The notes below the pieces were generated by a model. It did not search any database. It was given only the letters and a program-made list of their open reading frames with translations, and had not been told where the DNA came from. The position numbers were made by a program, and so were the translations under genes. A stretch of 64,000 nucleotides of DNA from Basidiobolus meristosporus CBS 931.73 (lineage: Eukaryota; Fungi; Basidiobolomycota): the NCBI GenBank assembly GCA_002104905.1, contig MCFE01000094.1:110872-174871 (forward strand), given 5' to 3'. Positions 11,552 to 25,926 of this stretch are shown here, piece after piece; the first letter of the stretch is position 1, and the number at the start of each line of letters is the position of its first letter.

Positions 11552-13512
11552 GGGTCCTCAATGAGGAGTGGTGTTTGGATAGTGGGGGTTATTTGGGTTC
11601 TGGCAGATCTCGGTAGTTGACGACCTCAATGCAAATCCGTGTAAGGCTTGATTCAACAGTTCAACTAGTCCCTAGCGCTGCGAGGGTATTTATAGTCATC
11701 AGGCTTGCTTGCATGATAATTCAAGAATCGGAAAGCCAAATTTTGTCTTCGAAGGTGCATCGGGCATTCGGTCTGGATCGAGAAATCGGTCACAGAACTT
11801 TGATTCTGCAGAGCAGCTTAGGGAGTCCAAGGAAATCTTCTTTTGTGCCCAACACGTTCGACGAGACCCATATAGGCCAGTTCTGAATCCACCGGATTCA
11901 CCATGGGGTGAAACCGTCAAAAGGAGACGAATCTTCAATGCTAATTAGTGGGGAACCATCACAAATGATAAACCTGCTTTCCAGATTACGGATTTTAGGA
12001 ATGCAAGAGTCACGTCGTAGGCTTGCCAGATTGGAGATTGCAAGTCCTCCCTCGTTTCCAAGTCTTGATGGGTTGTTGAGGTGCATGCAAACAAGTTGGC
12101 AATGATCATGATGATCGCTTAGTTGCCGCCTTGAGGAGGGACACGCAGATGCAATCCTACATCAGATGTCGGCTTGCCATTATGGCCATCCAACATAAGC
12201 TCAGCGAAGCGATCAGGTTCTGTTGTCAGGGGAAAGGTTATGGTAGGCTATCTTAGTATGGAGGTGCCCTGTGGCTTTCAGTTGAGGAATAGACTTTTGC
12301 GATAGAATCGATCCTTGGTAGTGATTGGCACTTGGAAGGAATAAGTGGGGTGTACATGAAATATATCTCCTCACCCTTACGGCCACAGCAAGTGAAATAC
12401 CAAACCTCCCTAGGAGACACTGGCCATGTAGATGATCGTCAGCATAGACATGGATCGCAGAGATGTAGCATACCATCACCTCTTGAGTTAACAAGCCCTT
12501 GATCTATTCCAGCACTCACGTCTAGTTGACCCAAACCAATGGTGGGTATTCAAAGTTGTAATTCCTGATATTTGACCCTGTTTTACCACATATGTATACT
12601 TTTCTGACTGCAGCAAAGGATTGTGATGTTTCTTTGGCTATATTGTCAAGAATCATCCACCACTCCTATAAGTTATGGTGGGTTAATGGTACTTCAGGTG
12701 GAGCACCAATCTTCACTAGACCCTGATAGTGGGTGAATCTGGGCGGAAAGGTAGGCTTGCCAGGATACATATGTATTAATTGAACTGGGATTAGGAAATA
12801 TGGGTGGATGTGAGGAGGCTTGGGAAACTCCCAACGCCTGGCCATTTATGCTACCAATCTGGCATCCTTAGCTATATTCATCCAGAAAAATGATCTTCAT
12901 CGGGCAGCTTCCGAACGTGCCTAGTCAGCCCCAGAAACTCCAATGTCTGGAAATGGATACCGGCAAATCTTTGGGTCTACCAATTGAAGGCTTATATTAT
13001 TGCCACCATCAGCATTCGGGACCCCATAGAGCGAAGGGTGTGCTGGATCAAGGCTTAGGGATTTTACCGTTTTATCACGGAAGAACGTTGCTGACCACGA
13101 AGACATTTCCGGGTATCGCAACTAGGTGATAATTTCAATGAATGGATGACTGTATTGAATGTTGTGCAAAATCTTATTCGTGACAAAGTAATTACATAAG
13201 CATAGCTGGAGTACTGAATCGTAAGAGGTGAGGCACTTTAAGCATAGATGATCTTTGGGTGTTGACTACGTGGAGCAAGATAATACTAATACATTTGAGG
13301 GAAGGGTGGAACAAAAAACTGGGGCTGGGATTGAATCGATGCACAACACAGGGTTCGGATGGCATTACCAATGGAGAAAGATTATAAACGAGCAAATGAC
13401 AAGGGGTATTTACAAAAGATATAATGAAGTGTGCTATTCAAGGTGTTCATGATGAAATTAGTGCAAAATTAGCATAGCGTCCTTCGAAAATGCATGGAGG
13501 ATCATTTTGATC

Positions 13513-16036
13513 TCATATTCTGGAGTTGCTCATCATGAAAGATGGGTGATACAGACTTGCAAAGCCATTGTTCATGTTGACGCCTGAGTTCCCATTAAAG
13601 CTGGTTGTGTGAGGGATATTGATTGCCCCATTCCCGGCAAACATCCATGTAGACTCCTGATACGAAGGCATCGGGTAACTAACTTCTGTGTTAAACGATT
13701 CATTGAGAACATCCTCAAAACTTGGTTCCTCCTTAACTTCATCGTCATTGAAGGTAACCATTGCCACGCTGGGATCGATGGAGGATTGCAGAGGGATTTG
13801 TGTTGTCATATGATTGTGTGTTTGTTCCATGTTGCCAGGGCTTTCATGCGAGTAACTACTAGGGACACTATAAGGCCCAACAAGAGAGTGCCGCTGCAGG
13901 AATGAGTGCTGTCTTCGCTGAGGGCCGGTTGGCTGGTCATTTAGAGGCGCTTGAGAAACTAGAAACGTTTGTTAGAATGATACTGTTGATCGTTTGAGAA
14001 GTATAAGATGCCAGTACCATATAGACCTTGGCTAAGATCAGGCGAGACAGATGGGGAGTCAGTGGTAGTTACTTCGGGCTTCTGCAACGCGGGTGTGGAC
14101 TCTGGTCCTGGTGAAGGGGATTGGTTCCCAATACTACCTTTGGCTTCAGCTGCGTAGTTGGGGGCAAAGGTGTTGTGGAATGCATCAACATTGACATTGG
14201 TGCTATTGTTGCAATTACTGGTCTGGAAGAAATTGTCAGAAATCTTGCGCATATAGGAGGATGAATCATGCCACAACTTACATATTTGCCGATAATTTTT
14301 TTGAGCGCCAAGGGAAGTATTTTCCATGGAAACACTTTGACATCTTTCTCGATGTTTCTTGGTTTCGGATTTGGGAAAGACATGATCAATTTGAAGAAAT
14401 CGGCAGACTCCGATTTGCATTTAGATACAGTAAGCGGACGGAACCCTTCCAAGTTTCGTCGAATTCGGTTCTTTTCTTCTACTGTGAATCTAACGGCAAT
14501 CAGGCTTTCCAGTAAATAAATACAATCAACACTTGTGATAAAGTAATCATCCTTCGCTTCCCAATATATGCATGATACAACGATGCTGTTGGGGGCCCGC
14601 TCAGAAGGAGAAACGCCTTGAAAGTCACAGTGAATAACATTATTCTCGTGTTTTCTCCAAAACTGAACCAGACGTCTTTTGATTTCGGTCTCCTCTTCAG
14701 TCCTGGAAGTGACATGTAAATAACTGCCACGGAAGCAAACAACTACCTCTAAACGCCTTACCAATTCTTTGTCATCTCCTCAAACTCGTTGCTGAACTTC
14801 AAGGTAGCCTTATTCAAGGGCGTAGTAGAGGAATCATTTGGTGCCGGTGCAGCCGCGGTGCCGTTTTTCGGCGAAGGTTGTGGGTTTTGGGGAAGAGGGC
14901 TTTTGGGACATGTTTGAGAAGCCTGGGCGGTGACGGGAGTCAATGGAGGAGTGATGTCAACGCTAGAAACATTATTGCCGCCAGTTTCTTGGGTGTATGA
15001 CTCCAAATCCCTCTGAGAACTTTGGGGTGTAAACAATGACGATTCGTTGTTGGACTCGGACAAATCTATAAAGGCAACGTTAGTAAGCTATTCAACCGCA
15101 AATTGAATGGAGACGAAATTACCACTCTGAAACCCGTTTGCCTGAGCAAGGTTCAAATTGGGATTTTTGATGCACATGCCCTCTGTGCCAAATGTAAACT
15201 TGAACTCTTGCTCCTCTGACAACGGTGTGAGTTCGCTCTCTGAACAACAAAAACCAATAAGTAAAGCATGCTGGACAAAAGCGTGACATTCCTATATTTA
15301 CCTCTAGACTTCGTGTTGCTCATGGTTGTCTGAATACTCTCAGTAATGTTATTTGGGGCGACATTGGTCATCATACTCGTCATAGAGTTTTGGAAGCCAT
15401 TTGTGACCATTGATTCTATAGAATTTTGAAAAGAGTCGATAGAGCTTTGAAGGGTATTGTTCATTTGGCTTGGCTCGTTTAGATACATTCCGCCAGTGGA
15501 GAAATTATCGTTCATGCTAGCATTCGGGTTGAGTAATTCATCTGGGGGAATTCAAAAAGGTATGTCAGCAATCAAGAACTGTTATCGAAAAAATGTGATC
15601 GGGTAACTTCATACCATTATTATATTTGTATTCACCAAAATACCAACTATCCAACACGATCCCCTGCTCCACTGCCAATATGCAGACGGGAACTTTGGGA
15701 GTGAACCACTTCGTCTCAGCAAACTCCGGGATAGAAGCGGTGAGTGTAGTGTACCCGTGGGCATTCCATTGCTTTGTGTTCACAACGTGAGTTCCGAAGC
15801 CGAGTTTCAGCTGTTCTTTCGGGCAAAATTGCAAGACAACAGTGAACGGCATCCCCTCCATTCCACCTCGTGGGTAGTATTGCAATACCCGTGGTCGGGG
15901 AATATTTCGTAGTTGGAGTGGATCTGAATGTGATGTTTCGGCACCATCTTCATTGATATATTGGTTAGTACTACACATAAAAATTACTCTGGTACATTTG
16001 GCACCGTAGACCATCACACTTACTTTGGCTCAGCAT
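13513..16036 (-). CDS. medA: Medusa/MedA-family developmental transcriptional regulator; multi-exon
   Basis: Conserved MedA-type block: VSCIYWEAKDDYFITSVDCIYLLE...FTVEEKNRIRRNLEGFRPLTVSKCK...FFKLIMSFPNPKPRNIEKDVKVFPW. N-terminal IPT/TIG-like exon PRVLQYYPRGGMEG. ATG CTG AGC CAA A|GTAAGT at 16036. Confidence 0.82.
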
Positions 16037-16249
16037 GATTCCGCAGGTTGAAAGAACGTAAACGTGTGCGTTGAAATAGGTATGAAGCGATTAAAAATGA
16101 AAGAGTATATGCTCGACAAAAGTGTCGGTGTTAGAGGAGAAAGGTATTGAGAAAGCCTGTGTGCTTGTTACTCGAGATCAAAAGAATACGATGGTGGATT
16201 TAATATTTAGAAACGTTAACTAGAGCAATGATATCAACTTCAATATGAG

Positions 16250-17100
16250 CAGACTTTGAAAAGTAGTAACAAAGGCAATTCCACGATATATATAGGACGG
16301 GAGTTGTGGACCGAGGGAGCCATCCCCACTACTAAATCATATGTTGAATCTCGAAAACATAATTGAATCCAGTTGATAGCGCGTATAAAAAATAGAATTC
16401 AAATCCATTTACTAAACTAATAAATAGAAAGTAACATTTATTTTAATCCATATACATGAAATCTAGCCATTCAAATAACCAATATATTTTGAGCCTTTGT
16501 CCGACATTAAGAATACGGAGAAAATTCAGAGGAAAGCCAATTAGATTATTGGCTAAGAATTTCCTAATGGGCATTGGGTATGTTGATAAATTTAGTATTT
16601 CCCACTGCTATTTTTGATTTCGCTAGAAAATAGGATTGAGATCTGGAAGCCATCGAACTTAATAGACCCTGTTCCCAGTGTTTTTATCCAGTATTGTTGA
16701 CTCGAATTTTGATGCAGGCCAAGCGATACTTTGCTACCCATCAATATGACCATCGAATTGGTCGCATCCTTGTGACCTTCTCCAAGGCCTGCTGATTGGT
16801 AAATTGCTTGTAGCACATGCTTGATCCTTCTTTCAGCAATGGATAATCCAGCACACCCTTTCCTCGCACAAAGCTGATAGGAAAATCTGTAACTATGTAG
16901 TAGATGGCTAACTGGAATATTCCGCTCTTGGGGCGTAACAGGCAGTGTAGAGGTAGGCACCCACTGATCCTAGAAACCATGAGGATACCCGTATCCTCGA
17001 TTGCTTGCTCTGGATGGTAATGGAAATCATCGTGTTGAAGATTGTCGATATTTTCGACGGACTCCATAATTGGGGATGTGAGAATAGGTAAACACATCAT
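16250..17100 (-). mobile_element. Possible highly degenerate non-LTR (L1-like) reverse transcriptase relic
   Basis: Broken frames give fragments loosely matching LINE RT motifs in the right order (ERRIKHVLQAIYQSAGLGEG..., NFLRILNVG...WLFEWL, SLVNG). Many stops; weak similarity judged by eye. Confidence 0.25.
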
Positions 17101-20100
17101 ACCTTACCCTTTTTTGGGTATTACTCCATAGGTTTATAGTATATCAAGGGGCGTTTACTAATGGGTATGGCTATAGTCACCAAGAATATGCTTCAATAGA
17201 AAGTTCGTAGCCTAACTATTGAAAGCTATATAAACATTTAATCACGAATGCTATTATTCTGAATCGCTAGCTTTAGGTCACACCACTGGTCAGCCGGGTG
17301 TCAAAATATTAAATATTCCCAAATCAAGAAACCCATCTCTGGAGTAGTTTGACTAAATACGTAGCAACGATCTATTGTTCTCTAGAGCAAAACTGGGGTA
17401 TATTTTGCTGGTACAATCATGGGCCACAGGGATACAGACAGGGAGAAAGTGCAGAAAACATCAACGACTCATTAATTAGCTTAATTCCGAGTCGGATTCT
17501 TGCAGGGTAGAACAAACAGTGTTCCTCGTATTCGATGGTCTGAGGGAGTAATTTATTACACTGCTCACTTATTTCATTGTTTTGACTCCTGGCAACGGGC
17601 TATGTACATATTTGTCTCCACATACGGATTGACATATGTGGTGACAAATTGCTGGTATTCCATTCGAAGCTACCCTCTGTGTATAGTAGCTGGCTAGAAT
17701 AGAGTGGCCTTGGATGTATCGTGGTATGACGTAATGGATTCCAAATGGTAGGTCTGAGATCCAAGTGCAAATAGGCCATAAAACACCACCAATTTCAACT
17801 CCAGAAAATCATGGATTTTGATCAAGTGACCATGCAGTATTAGAGGGCCGTCAGTAAGGCTTGAGTGCTCAGCTGGGTCAAGTCACTGGTCCAATACCAT
17901 GACCACGAAAATATCATCACGATTGTATTTTCATCAGGCCACATACTAGTTGATACGCCATCCATTCCGGGCCACTAAAGCTACCAATTGCTTTATTCGC
18001 ATCCACAACTTGAAAATTCGTGATTCAGCTGGCTACATGCTGGTACAAATTCAGGCGACAAGACATTGAAAACTAGTTCCATATGTCTGAGTAACAAAAT
18101 ACGCAAAAAAAGCAGACCTCCTCATGGGCAATACACCCATTGCTGCTATTACTATAAATATTTCCAACTTGATGCAAGTGCGCCGCGGAAGCAACAGTGA
18201 GCAATATAGTACCTTCTATTTGGAGGTCAAGCGAATTCTTTGACTTGTTGCTACACTGTTTACATGAGTACAAATGGGATGTACAAAAGTCTTAATAAGA
18301 AATTCCGCAAGCACAAAAATGTTTCACATTTCTCAGTGAAGAGCGCAGGCCGAGGTCCAGTAATTTCCAGCATGATTGGACATTTTGGGACCATTTCTGG
18401 AAAACTCCGAACAATTACATCCAATCTCCAAGACAAGCGTTTGGTACGGATGACTCATTTAGTAAATACATGGGAATAAAGTTGTATCAACTAGGAATTC
18501 ACCCGGCCCTGTGGTCGAATGGGAATGAATGATTGCACTCTTTGATCGAATGACCCTCATCATTTCAGCAGCTCGAGATTTTTCAATACTGCTTATAGCG
18601 AATAATAGTAACTCCGGCTCACACATTGAGCTGAGGTCATTTCATGTGATGCCACTCTCGACGTCTCTGAAGAATGTCTCAGATCTCAAGGTGCCGTATC
18701 CTACATCTGATACGGTGGACCGATACGAAGCATGTCTGGGATTTTTCCAAATTAGGATGTTATGTCTTACTTTCCTCTCCATCCTACCTCAACGCTATAG
18801 TCTGGTCTGATTGCCAATCAGCGGTCGACAATTTGATTGATTAATTCCAGACTTGCATTGATGAGAAATGAGTCACGTCTATTGGCTCAGCCAACACTTT
18901 AAGCCACCATTTCCACCATAGTTTACGAGCGGCGTTGATCCTACGGATACGAAGTCGATCGCTCGTTCGTTCGATATTCAAATTCTCATGAGACACGAGG
19001 TCCAAGTTTATCTAGTGGGGCACGGTGCTATATTATCTTGGTAATGTATACTTGGTATCCGAGTCCGAGCGCCCATCCATAGAGTGGTGTTCACGCTTCT
19101 TGGTAAATGTGACAAATCCAGAATGATTGTCTGCTTAATTTATTGTTTTGCCGTTGAGTCTGATGCCACTAATAAGTACACTCCAATTCGGATTGGAGGC
19201 TCAGCTTTGCTCACCCTATTCAATATACTAAGATCGCTTTTCTTAATGTGAAGAATATCAACGAATACAGTATTGGTCATTAGCCAATATGTATGTATTG
19301 CCAATGTGTTCGACGGGTATGCTTTGGACAATACTAATGCTTGTTAAATGTCAGCAAAATCAGTTATTTATAATCGAGTTATTCACCATGGTCGTCAGTC
19401 TAGCCATCAATTATTCCTTAAGTGGGATATTGGCAAGATTTCTACACAGCTAGCTAAACCAATTGTTTTCAGGGCAATCTGATATCACTATTGATGGAAG
19501 TTCATCGAAAATTCTTCGATTTTTTGGCAACAACAACACAGGCCCACGACTGGTCGCATGAAGCTCTGTCATTCTGCATTCTTACCAAACCACCCATACT
19601 ATATACACATACACTTTCCTAAATCCACTTTCATACTGAAGTCCTCAGCTGGCCTCAGTTGGAGTTTCCCCAAGTTTGATATTAAACGAAGACTTGAACG
19701 GCCTCATTTACCTTGAGCAACTAATAATACTTCAAAGCCCAAGTGAGTGAACGAATCTTATAAGGGTATGTGGATGGATCTCCTATGTGCCTAAACTTTG
19801 AATATACAGCTATGAATGGTTAACATAAGAGATAGTCGAGTAATACTCTGGAATGTAATCAACATCAAGAATTGCAAGTCACTAATGCTGGTGATTTCTG
19901 CTGGTCTTTCTATTTATATGCTTACTGCAGACTTGACTTGGCTCTGGAGCTTTATGCTATCACCCGTACCACGTAGTATCCTGATTCATGGTTACTTGGA
20001 TTTCTTCAACTCGTTTGCTTATGAGATCTCTGATTGGCGAAGTGTATAAGCATTGTCTTCTACGGCACGAAGTAGACCTGGCTGAGGTTTTCCAACACCA

Positions 20101-20838
20101 ATAAATGTTGCTATGTTTTATAGTTTAGGATGACGATAGGCTTAGGGACCTACATGAAGATACTGAAAATTGTTTTTGCATTTTTCCCAATGCTCCCTCC
20201 ATCAACAGTTGGCCACCAAGCTAATGGCTAGAGTGTGTGTGATTTTTGTATCAGTTTGGTTCACCCAAGTATTTGCTATAGACATTTGGGTTGTTTAGTA
20301 CACAGATAGATGGATGGCTGGTTACTAACGCTCTTGCAAACATATGGTTGCCTTATTGCCAATCAACAGGATAAAACCAGAAATTTCTCAAAATCCATTA
20401 AACATTGCTGTGCATGGTTATGCCATCGAAAAGGAAACTTTTGTAATTCAAAACCAATGACCTTGCTAGTGGGGGGGGGGTGAGTCCTAAACAGCACATT
20501 TAGTGCAGTATACATATGGCCCAATTTAGATTGAGTGAAAAGGGGTCTGATGAATGTTTGAATATTATATTTTATTCATGTATTGTATTCAGCTTGTTCA
20601 GTGATGGATGGGGAAGATTAGGCAGAGAATGAGAAAATATTAAAGGTTACTCATCAAAACTAGGGCTGCCAGGGCGGATCAAAAAACAAACCAGTGCCTT
20701 TCAACAGATATGAAAAATAAGAGATGCAGTCGAAGAATATCTGCACGTAAAAATATACAACGATGGTTAAGCAATGTCACCAAGTTGGCTCAAGGGCCAA
20801 ACGCATATGTATACGTACCAACTTGTGCCATTATCCAG

Positions 20839-21582
20839 CTAAACAAAAAACCATATCAGCATCCCTAACCCAATCGCCAAAATTATTATTGAGACCACTG
20901 ACATCATCCGATTGAAGTTCCGCCATCGTGAGTCAATTTTATCCTTTGGCTTTCTCGGAAATATCGCACCATACCACCAAAGCGGCATGAAGAGAAACCC
21001 GAACAAAAAGAATAGAGATCCAGATGGAATATGATAGCTTCCAAAGCATTTTTTGGTTGATTCAGAGGTCTCGTTGTTGTTTTGGTTGAAGTGAGGTAAT
21101 ATGTCATTGTTCGTTTGTGCAGCCAGACCATCTCGAGTGTTTTCCTCCTCCTTTTCCTCCACAAAAGACGGAAGCGGGGCATTCACTATTATAGAGGTAG
21201 GAGGTGAAGAAAACGATGTTTCATTAAAACCGCCGCTGCTGTAATTTCCGGATCTAGTTCTTTCATCAAAGTTGAAAGTTTCGATGGATAGTGGTCGTAA
21301 AGAAGCCCGAGATTCCGGATGGTCTTGAAAGATAATCCTTGAAGAGCTTGACCGTACATCCCTGTCCCGAGTTTGATTCTGTTGACTCTCGTCCAACGTC
21401 GGATTGTTGGCAGAGCGCATCGAGAGACGAAGGAAATCTGCTGTGACTTCATATTCCACAGAGCCAGGCCCATACGCAGTTTCGGGCTGGAGCTCACTCA
21501 CTGAGCGTACCGAATGTGCACTTAAAGCAGGGTGGTATGAGGTTATTAGCTTCGGAATAGGGGTGTCAGTGGGATGCTCCAT
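20839..21582 (-). CDS. Hypothetical membrane protein: disordered N-terminus, C-terminal two-helix membrane module; single exon
   Basis: 247-aa ORF ending GSLFFLFGFLFMPLWWYGAIFP...WRNFNRMMSVVSIIILAIGLGMLIWFFV, a motif type recurrent in fungal membrane proteins. Confidence 0.75.
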   Translation of the reverse strand: MEHPTDTPIPKLITSYHPALSAHSVRSVSELQPETAYGPGSVEYEVTADFLRLSMRSANNPTLDESQQNQTRDRDVRSSSSRIIFQDHPESRASLRPLSIETFNFDERTRSGNYSSGGFNETSFSSPPTSIIVNAPLPSFVEEKEEENTRDGLAAQTNNDILPHFNQNNNETSESTKKCFGSYHIPSGSLFFLFGFLFMPLWWYGAIFPRKPKDKIDSRWRNFNRMMSVVSIIILAIGLGMLIWFFV

Positions 21583-22636
21583 ATTGGCAATTTCAGATTT
21601 TCAACAGCCTGTTCCCTGCACTATTGCAAGGCGGTGGTTTCGAAACAATGCCTTTGATATACAAGAAGCTATCTGGGTGTAAAACGCCAAGTATATGGTA
21701 TTTGAGGGGAAATACACCAGTTCACTACTGATAGTCGACAGCAACAGGAATAGGGGAAAGACAAATCAAGAGTGCGAATGTGGGGAGCTACGCAAAATTA
21801 ATAGGCAGTGGTCAGAAATCAATGCATCAACACCGGAATCAAATCCATTTCAAGCGCATAAAGATAAACCTAGCAGCGATTTCGTTTTTACATAGTGCTC
21901 AATGGAGCTTCGACCCAAGATTCGATCACTTATTGCACAGTTTCAACCGAGTCGTGTACCATATGTTTCAGGTTATTCAGTACCCCTGCCATGGAGATTC
22001 GATGCCTCAGAGTATCTGAATGTTTGGTTTGTTACATCGAACGGGCTATTTCATATCCTACAGATCTCCACAATGTGCATTCGACTCTGAAACGCAACAA
22101 AGTACACACATACTTGGAGATAAATTTCTAGTGTATAATGGGTCTCGTGTGTTGGTGCTGGTGGATTGCAAAACAGGCAAACTTGCCATCACATGCAACC
22201 AATCCTCGCCCTTTACATTGAACAATTACTCACAATCTATGCCCCTAAGAACAGAAATCTCCAGCTTTGTAGCACTGGTAGCACAGCTAGTAGTGGTCCA
22301 ACCATGTGAGCCAGAAATGATCGAGTTTGGCCCACTGTTTAAATGTCATCATGGAGATAATCGATCTAATATATACATGTCCGCCTCTCCACCTTAGTAG
22401 TCAACTTTCAATTCTACCCTGGGAACGCTCTACATCCACTGGTATTGCCGAGCCCTATCCCATTGTTCCCTCGACGACTTGCTGTGTAATTAGGATTCCA
22501 GTGCATGTTTCTAGTATTAGTCATCAGTTCGGATAATTAGATATAATGCCACTCATCAATCACATTCTGTTAACTTCAGAATATCAATCCGATAATCAAT
22601 TAATCTTTGGCAGTTGCAAGATATAAGCTATCACAC

Positions 22637-23224
22637 ATGAGTAGTTCTTTAGAGCACGGCGAAGTTTCGGAAATGGTTTCCAAGGCGATAGCTAAACATT
22701 TCAAAGCCCAGGCTTTTGCCGTTGTTGGTGCTAGCTCTGACGAAGCTAAATTTGGAAACAAAGTTTTAAGATGGTAATTACCTCATTCCTGACTTCACTG
22801 TAACATGGCAATTAAACTCACAAATGGCTTTCTATCAGGTACATTGCCGCCAACAAATACGTGATTCCCATCAACCCGGTATGTACTGTTGATTGATTTG
22901 CTTGTTGGCCTCAGACCACAATGACTGATATGTACCTGGAAACCTTGATAGAGAGAGAAACTTATTGAGCATATCCCTTGCATGAAATCGCTTGGAGAGC
23001 TGTTGGACCCTCAGCATACTAGCATTTCAGTTATCACACCACCCAAAGTCACCTCGGACATTCTTCGTCAGGCTAAAGAGCTCAACATCCACAGCGTATG
23101 GTTGCAGCCAGGAAGCGAGCCTGACGAAGTATATGACCCTCAGTACCGAGCCCAATTACCTTTCAACCTCATTTTCGATGGACCATGCGTCTTGGTACAC
23201 GCCAGCAACTATGCGAAATTATGA
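22637..23224 (+). CDS. CoA-binding domain protein (YccU-like, CoA_binding_2); 3 exons
   Basis: FAVVGASSDEAKFGNKVLRW|YIAANKYVIPINP|...SISVITPPKVTSDILRQAKELNIHSVWLQPGSE...DGPCVLV, with GT-AG introns. Confidence 0.88.
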
Positions 23225-23433
23225 ATTCACCAGCCTCCTTGTTTCAAAATAAATATCCATGTGGGAGTTTTTGAGAGTGTTGCAATTGATGAGCCGAGCG
23301 AAAGAAACGTTGGTGAAAATTAGACATCAAGCAAGTAGTTTCTTCGGTTTATTTACTAGGGATTATCTACATGAATTTAATGATCGGGGTTGTTACAGTA
23401 GTATGCCAAACATGGGTGAAACGATATTGAGCT

Positions 23434-25168
23434 CTAAAGCAATACCCAAACAAGTGCAACGATCAGTCCTACAAGGGAATAGAAAAATATCCATACCCAG
23501 GAGCTTTTCGTGTCTTCAGGCAATTCGGTAATATCGAGGGTAGTCTTTATCGAGCCCAGTATACTTTGGTTTCCCGCAATGACGTCTTCCTTCTCGTGAA
23601 CTCTGCGTAACGCCCGGCCTACCCGCGCTACCGATTGCTCTAGGCTGTCTTCAACATCCTCAAGCTGTTGTGATAATTCAAGTGAGCGACCGGTTGCACG
23701 TAGGGATTCGGCTAAATGCTAACGGCATTGCGGAGGTTAGTTTATCGTAAGCAGTTTGCCCGTAGTGGCCATTACTTCTACCTTTTCTCTTTCGTCCAAT
23801 TCTCGTAAATCATCAAGTATATCGTCGAGACTTCTTTGTTTCTCTCCAATCATCTCCTGGCAACACGCCGTTAGACCAACTTGGTCAACCCCATTGTCTA
23901 TAAAACCTTACCTGCAGAATATGGATTTTTCGTCCATAATCCAAACATTTTCCAGCAACATCGCCTATCTTGTGAATGAAATTGCTGGACATTGAAGGGC
24001 TATAAGAAGACTTGCCACATATGAGTTATGAAATCATTCTTTTACCCTTTAGACAAGGCATTGTCTTCTTCCTTCATCTCCTGCTGCTTTCCAAACTTCA
24101 AAAGAAAGAGCTGCTCCAACAAACACGGACCCTCTATTCCAACTCGTAAATCATTTGAATGTAAAAGCAGGTATCCAAAAAGCAGTACCTAGTATAAGCA
24201 TTCTGTTGGTGACTAGTGGGATAAGCTTAGCCTCGATTGCAAACCTAAGCAAATTAATGAATTCCCGCTTCTCCTGATGGGACCCCGCTTCCAGTATAAA
24301 CTGCCCTTTACGTGAAGTTAGCTGGAAAATGTCTGTTGCGAAGTGTTAAATTCAACAATTCAGCTACACCAGATGGTTGTCTCAGGATATATCTAACCTC
24401 GATCTTTCGAGCTTTGTATAGTGATATCAGAGACTATCACATGTTGGATATCCTCGAAAATCTCGAATTTCTCTTCTTCTTGGCAAAACAAATCCAATTC
24501 GGTTTTTTCTAGCTCAGCGTCACTATCAATTCTCAGCAATAACCTCCTCCGCTCAACTGGGTCAAGTATCTTGAACCATATATTGTCTTCGTCTATCTTA
24601 AAGGTGACCAGTCTAAAGGGCTGGAAGTCGATATTGAGATTGCTGAATATATGGTATTTTGGACTATTGACAAAATGACCACGTTTCTCGCAAGAAATAG
24701 ATGACCTATTTGCCTCTGCCGCTGGACACATCTCTTTGTAAGTATTCATGGGTGAAATGATCGCGAGCTCTGGGATGCCAAAGCCTATTGGCCGAAGTAA
24801 ACGCTTGAAGCGGCGGTATGAATCAACATTTCCCTCTGAACGTTTGTGAGATATCTTTGTTGCTGAGGGTGAGGGCTCATCTTGGGAGTACCAGCCGCTT
24901 AATTCTGGAGACTAAAGCGTAAGAACTAGATCCATAGGAAACAACTCTTTATGCAACAATTTCTCTAACCTCCTGTGTCGTCGAATGCGGAATTCTCTAA
25001 CTCACTACTGAGCTCCTCTCTATCTTTCTGTGTCCGAAAAAATGTATTAAGAGGTGAAAACATTTTGTATGATTTAGGTTGCTTTTTTCCTCTGCTGGAC
25101 TCGAAAGTTGTAGCGTGACGCTGTGTTTCGGTCACCAAGTGTAAATGTGGAGGCATTGCTGAATACAT
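23434..25168 (-). CDS. Hypothetical protein with PH-like segment, coiled coil and C-terminal tail anchor; multi-exon
   Basis: Exon translations DIFQLTSRKGQFILEAGSHQEKREFINLLRFAIE (PH-like C-terminal helix), EMIGEKQRSLDDILDDLRELDEREK and LSQQLEDVEDSLEQSVARVGRALRR (coiled coil), ending SWVWIFFYSLVGLIVALVWVLL*. Confidence 0.6.
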
Positions 25169-25926
25169 GCTGAATATTTGACAGACACCAGAAACAGAAA
25201 ATTATCAACACACAGCATGCTTTGAATTATCAGCCTCGGTTTTATCGAAACCTCGGGTAGATTTCGAAAATAGCCGGAAAAATATCACGAATCTCGTCCG
25301 AAATGAGCAACGTCTACTGTATTAGCGTGTTGCGGAACTTATTAGATCACCTCTACATTGATGTGTACTAAATCCAGCTTTTAGCCCCACTCGCTTGATT
25401 TATCTAGTAAATTCTGGATCATCATCAAGCGGTAAACTAATTAGGATGAAGGTGGTTAAATTTCATACGTATTCCCACAACTTACCAAAACCGTGACTTG
25501 CTTCATTCTGTGAATAAAAATTCCTGCGCACTAGCTGGAATTCCTGATCCACTAGCGGTCTAGGAGCACACACTCAACCATTAGCGTGTGATCCATTCAG
25601 GTAATGGTGTGAGAGTTGCTGGCCTTCAGCAGCATAGGAAATGGACGTTGCTTACCTCATTGGGAAAATATTAATGGTTAGCATATACCCTAGCCTTGAC
25701 CAATTCGGCTCATCCAAGCACCCATGAATGGCCCTGTTTCGGATTTGGGTTGACCACTCAATAGGACATAGGGAAGTAAGTGTGGGATAACGGGTTTTAA
25801 GATTCGTTGGCTACAATCTGTGATGAATTGAAAAGGTGACCGTGTATATGTTACATAAGTTGTCAATACAGGAGTAGAGCGCTGTTTCCATTAGCAAAGT
25901 ATATAATAAAGTCAACTACCCCGACA

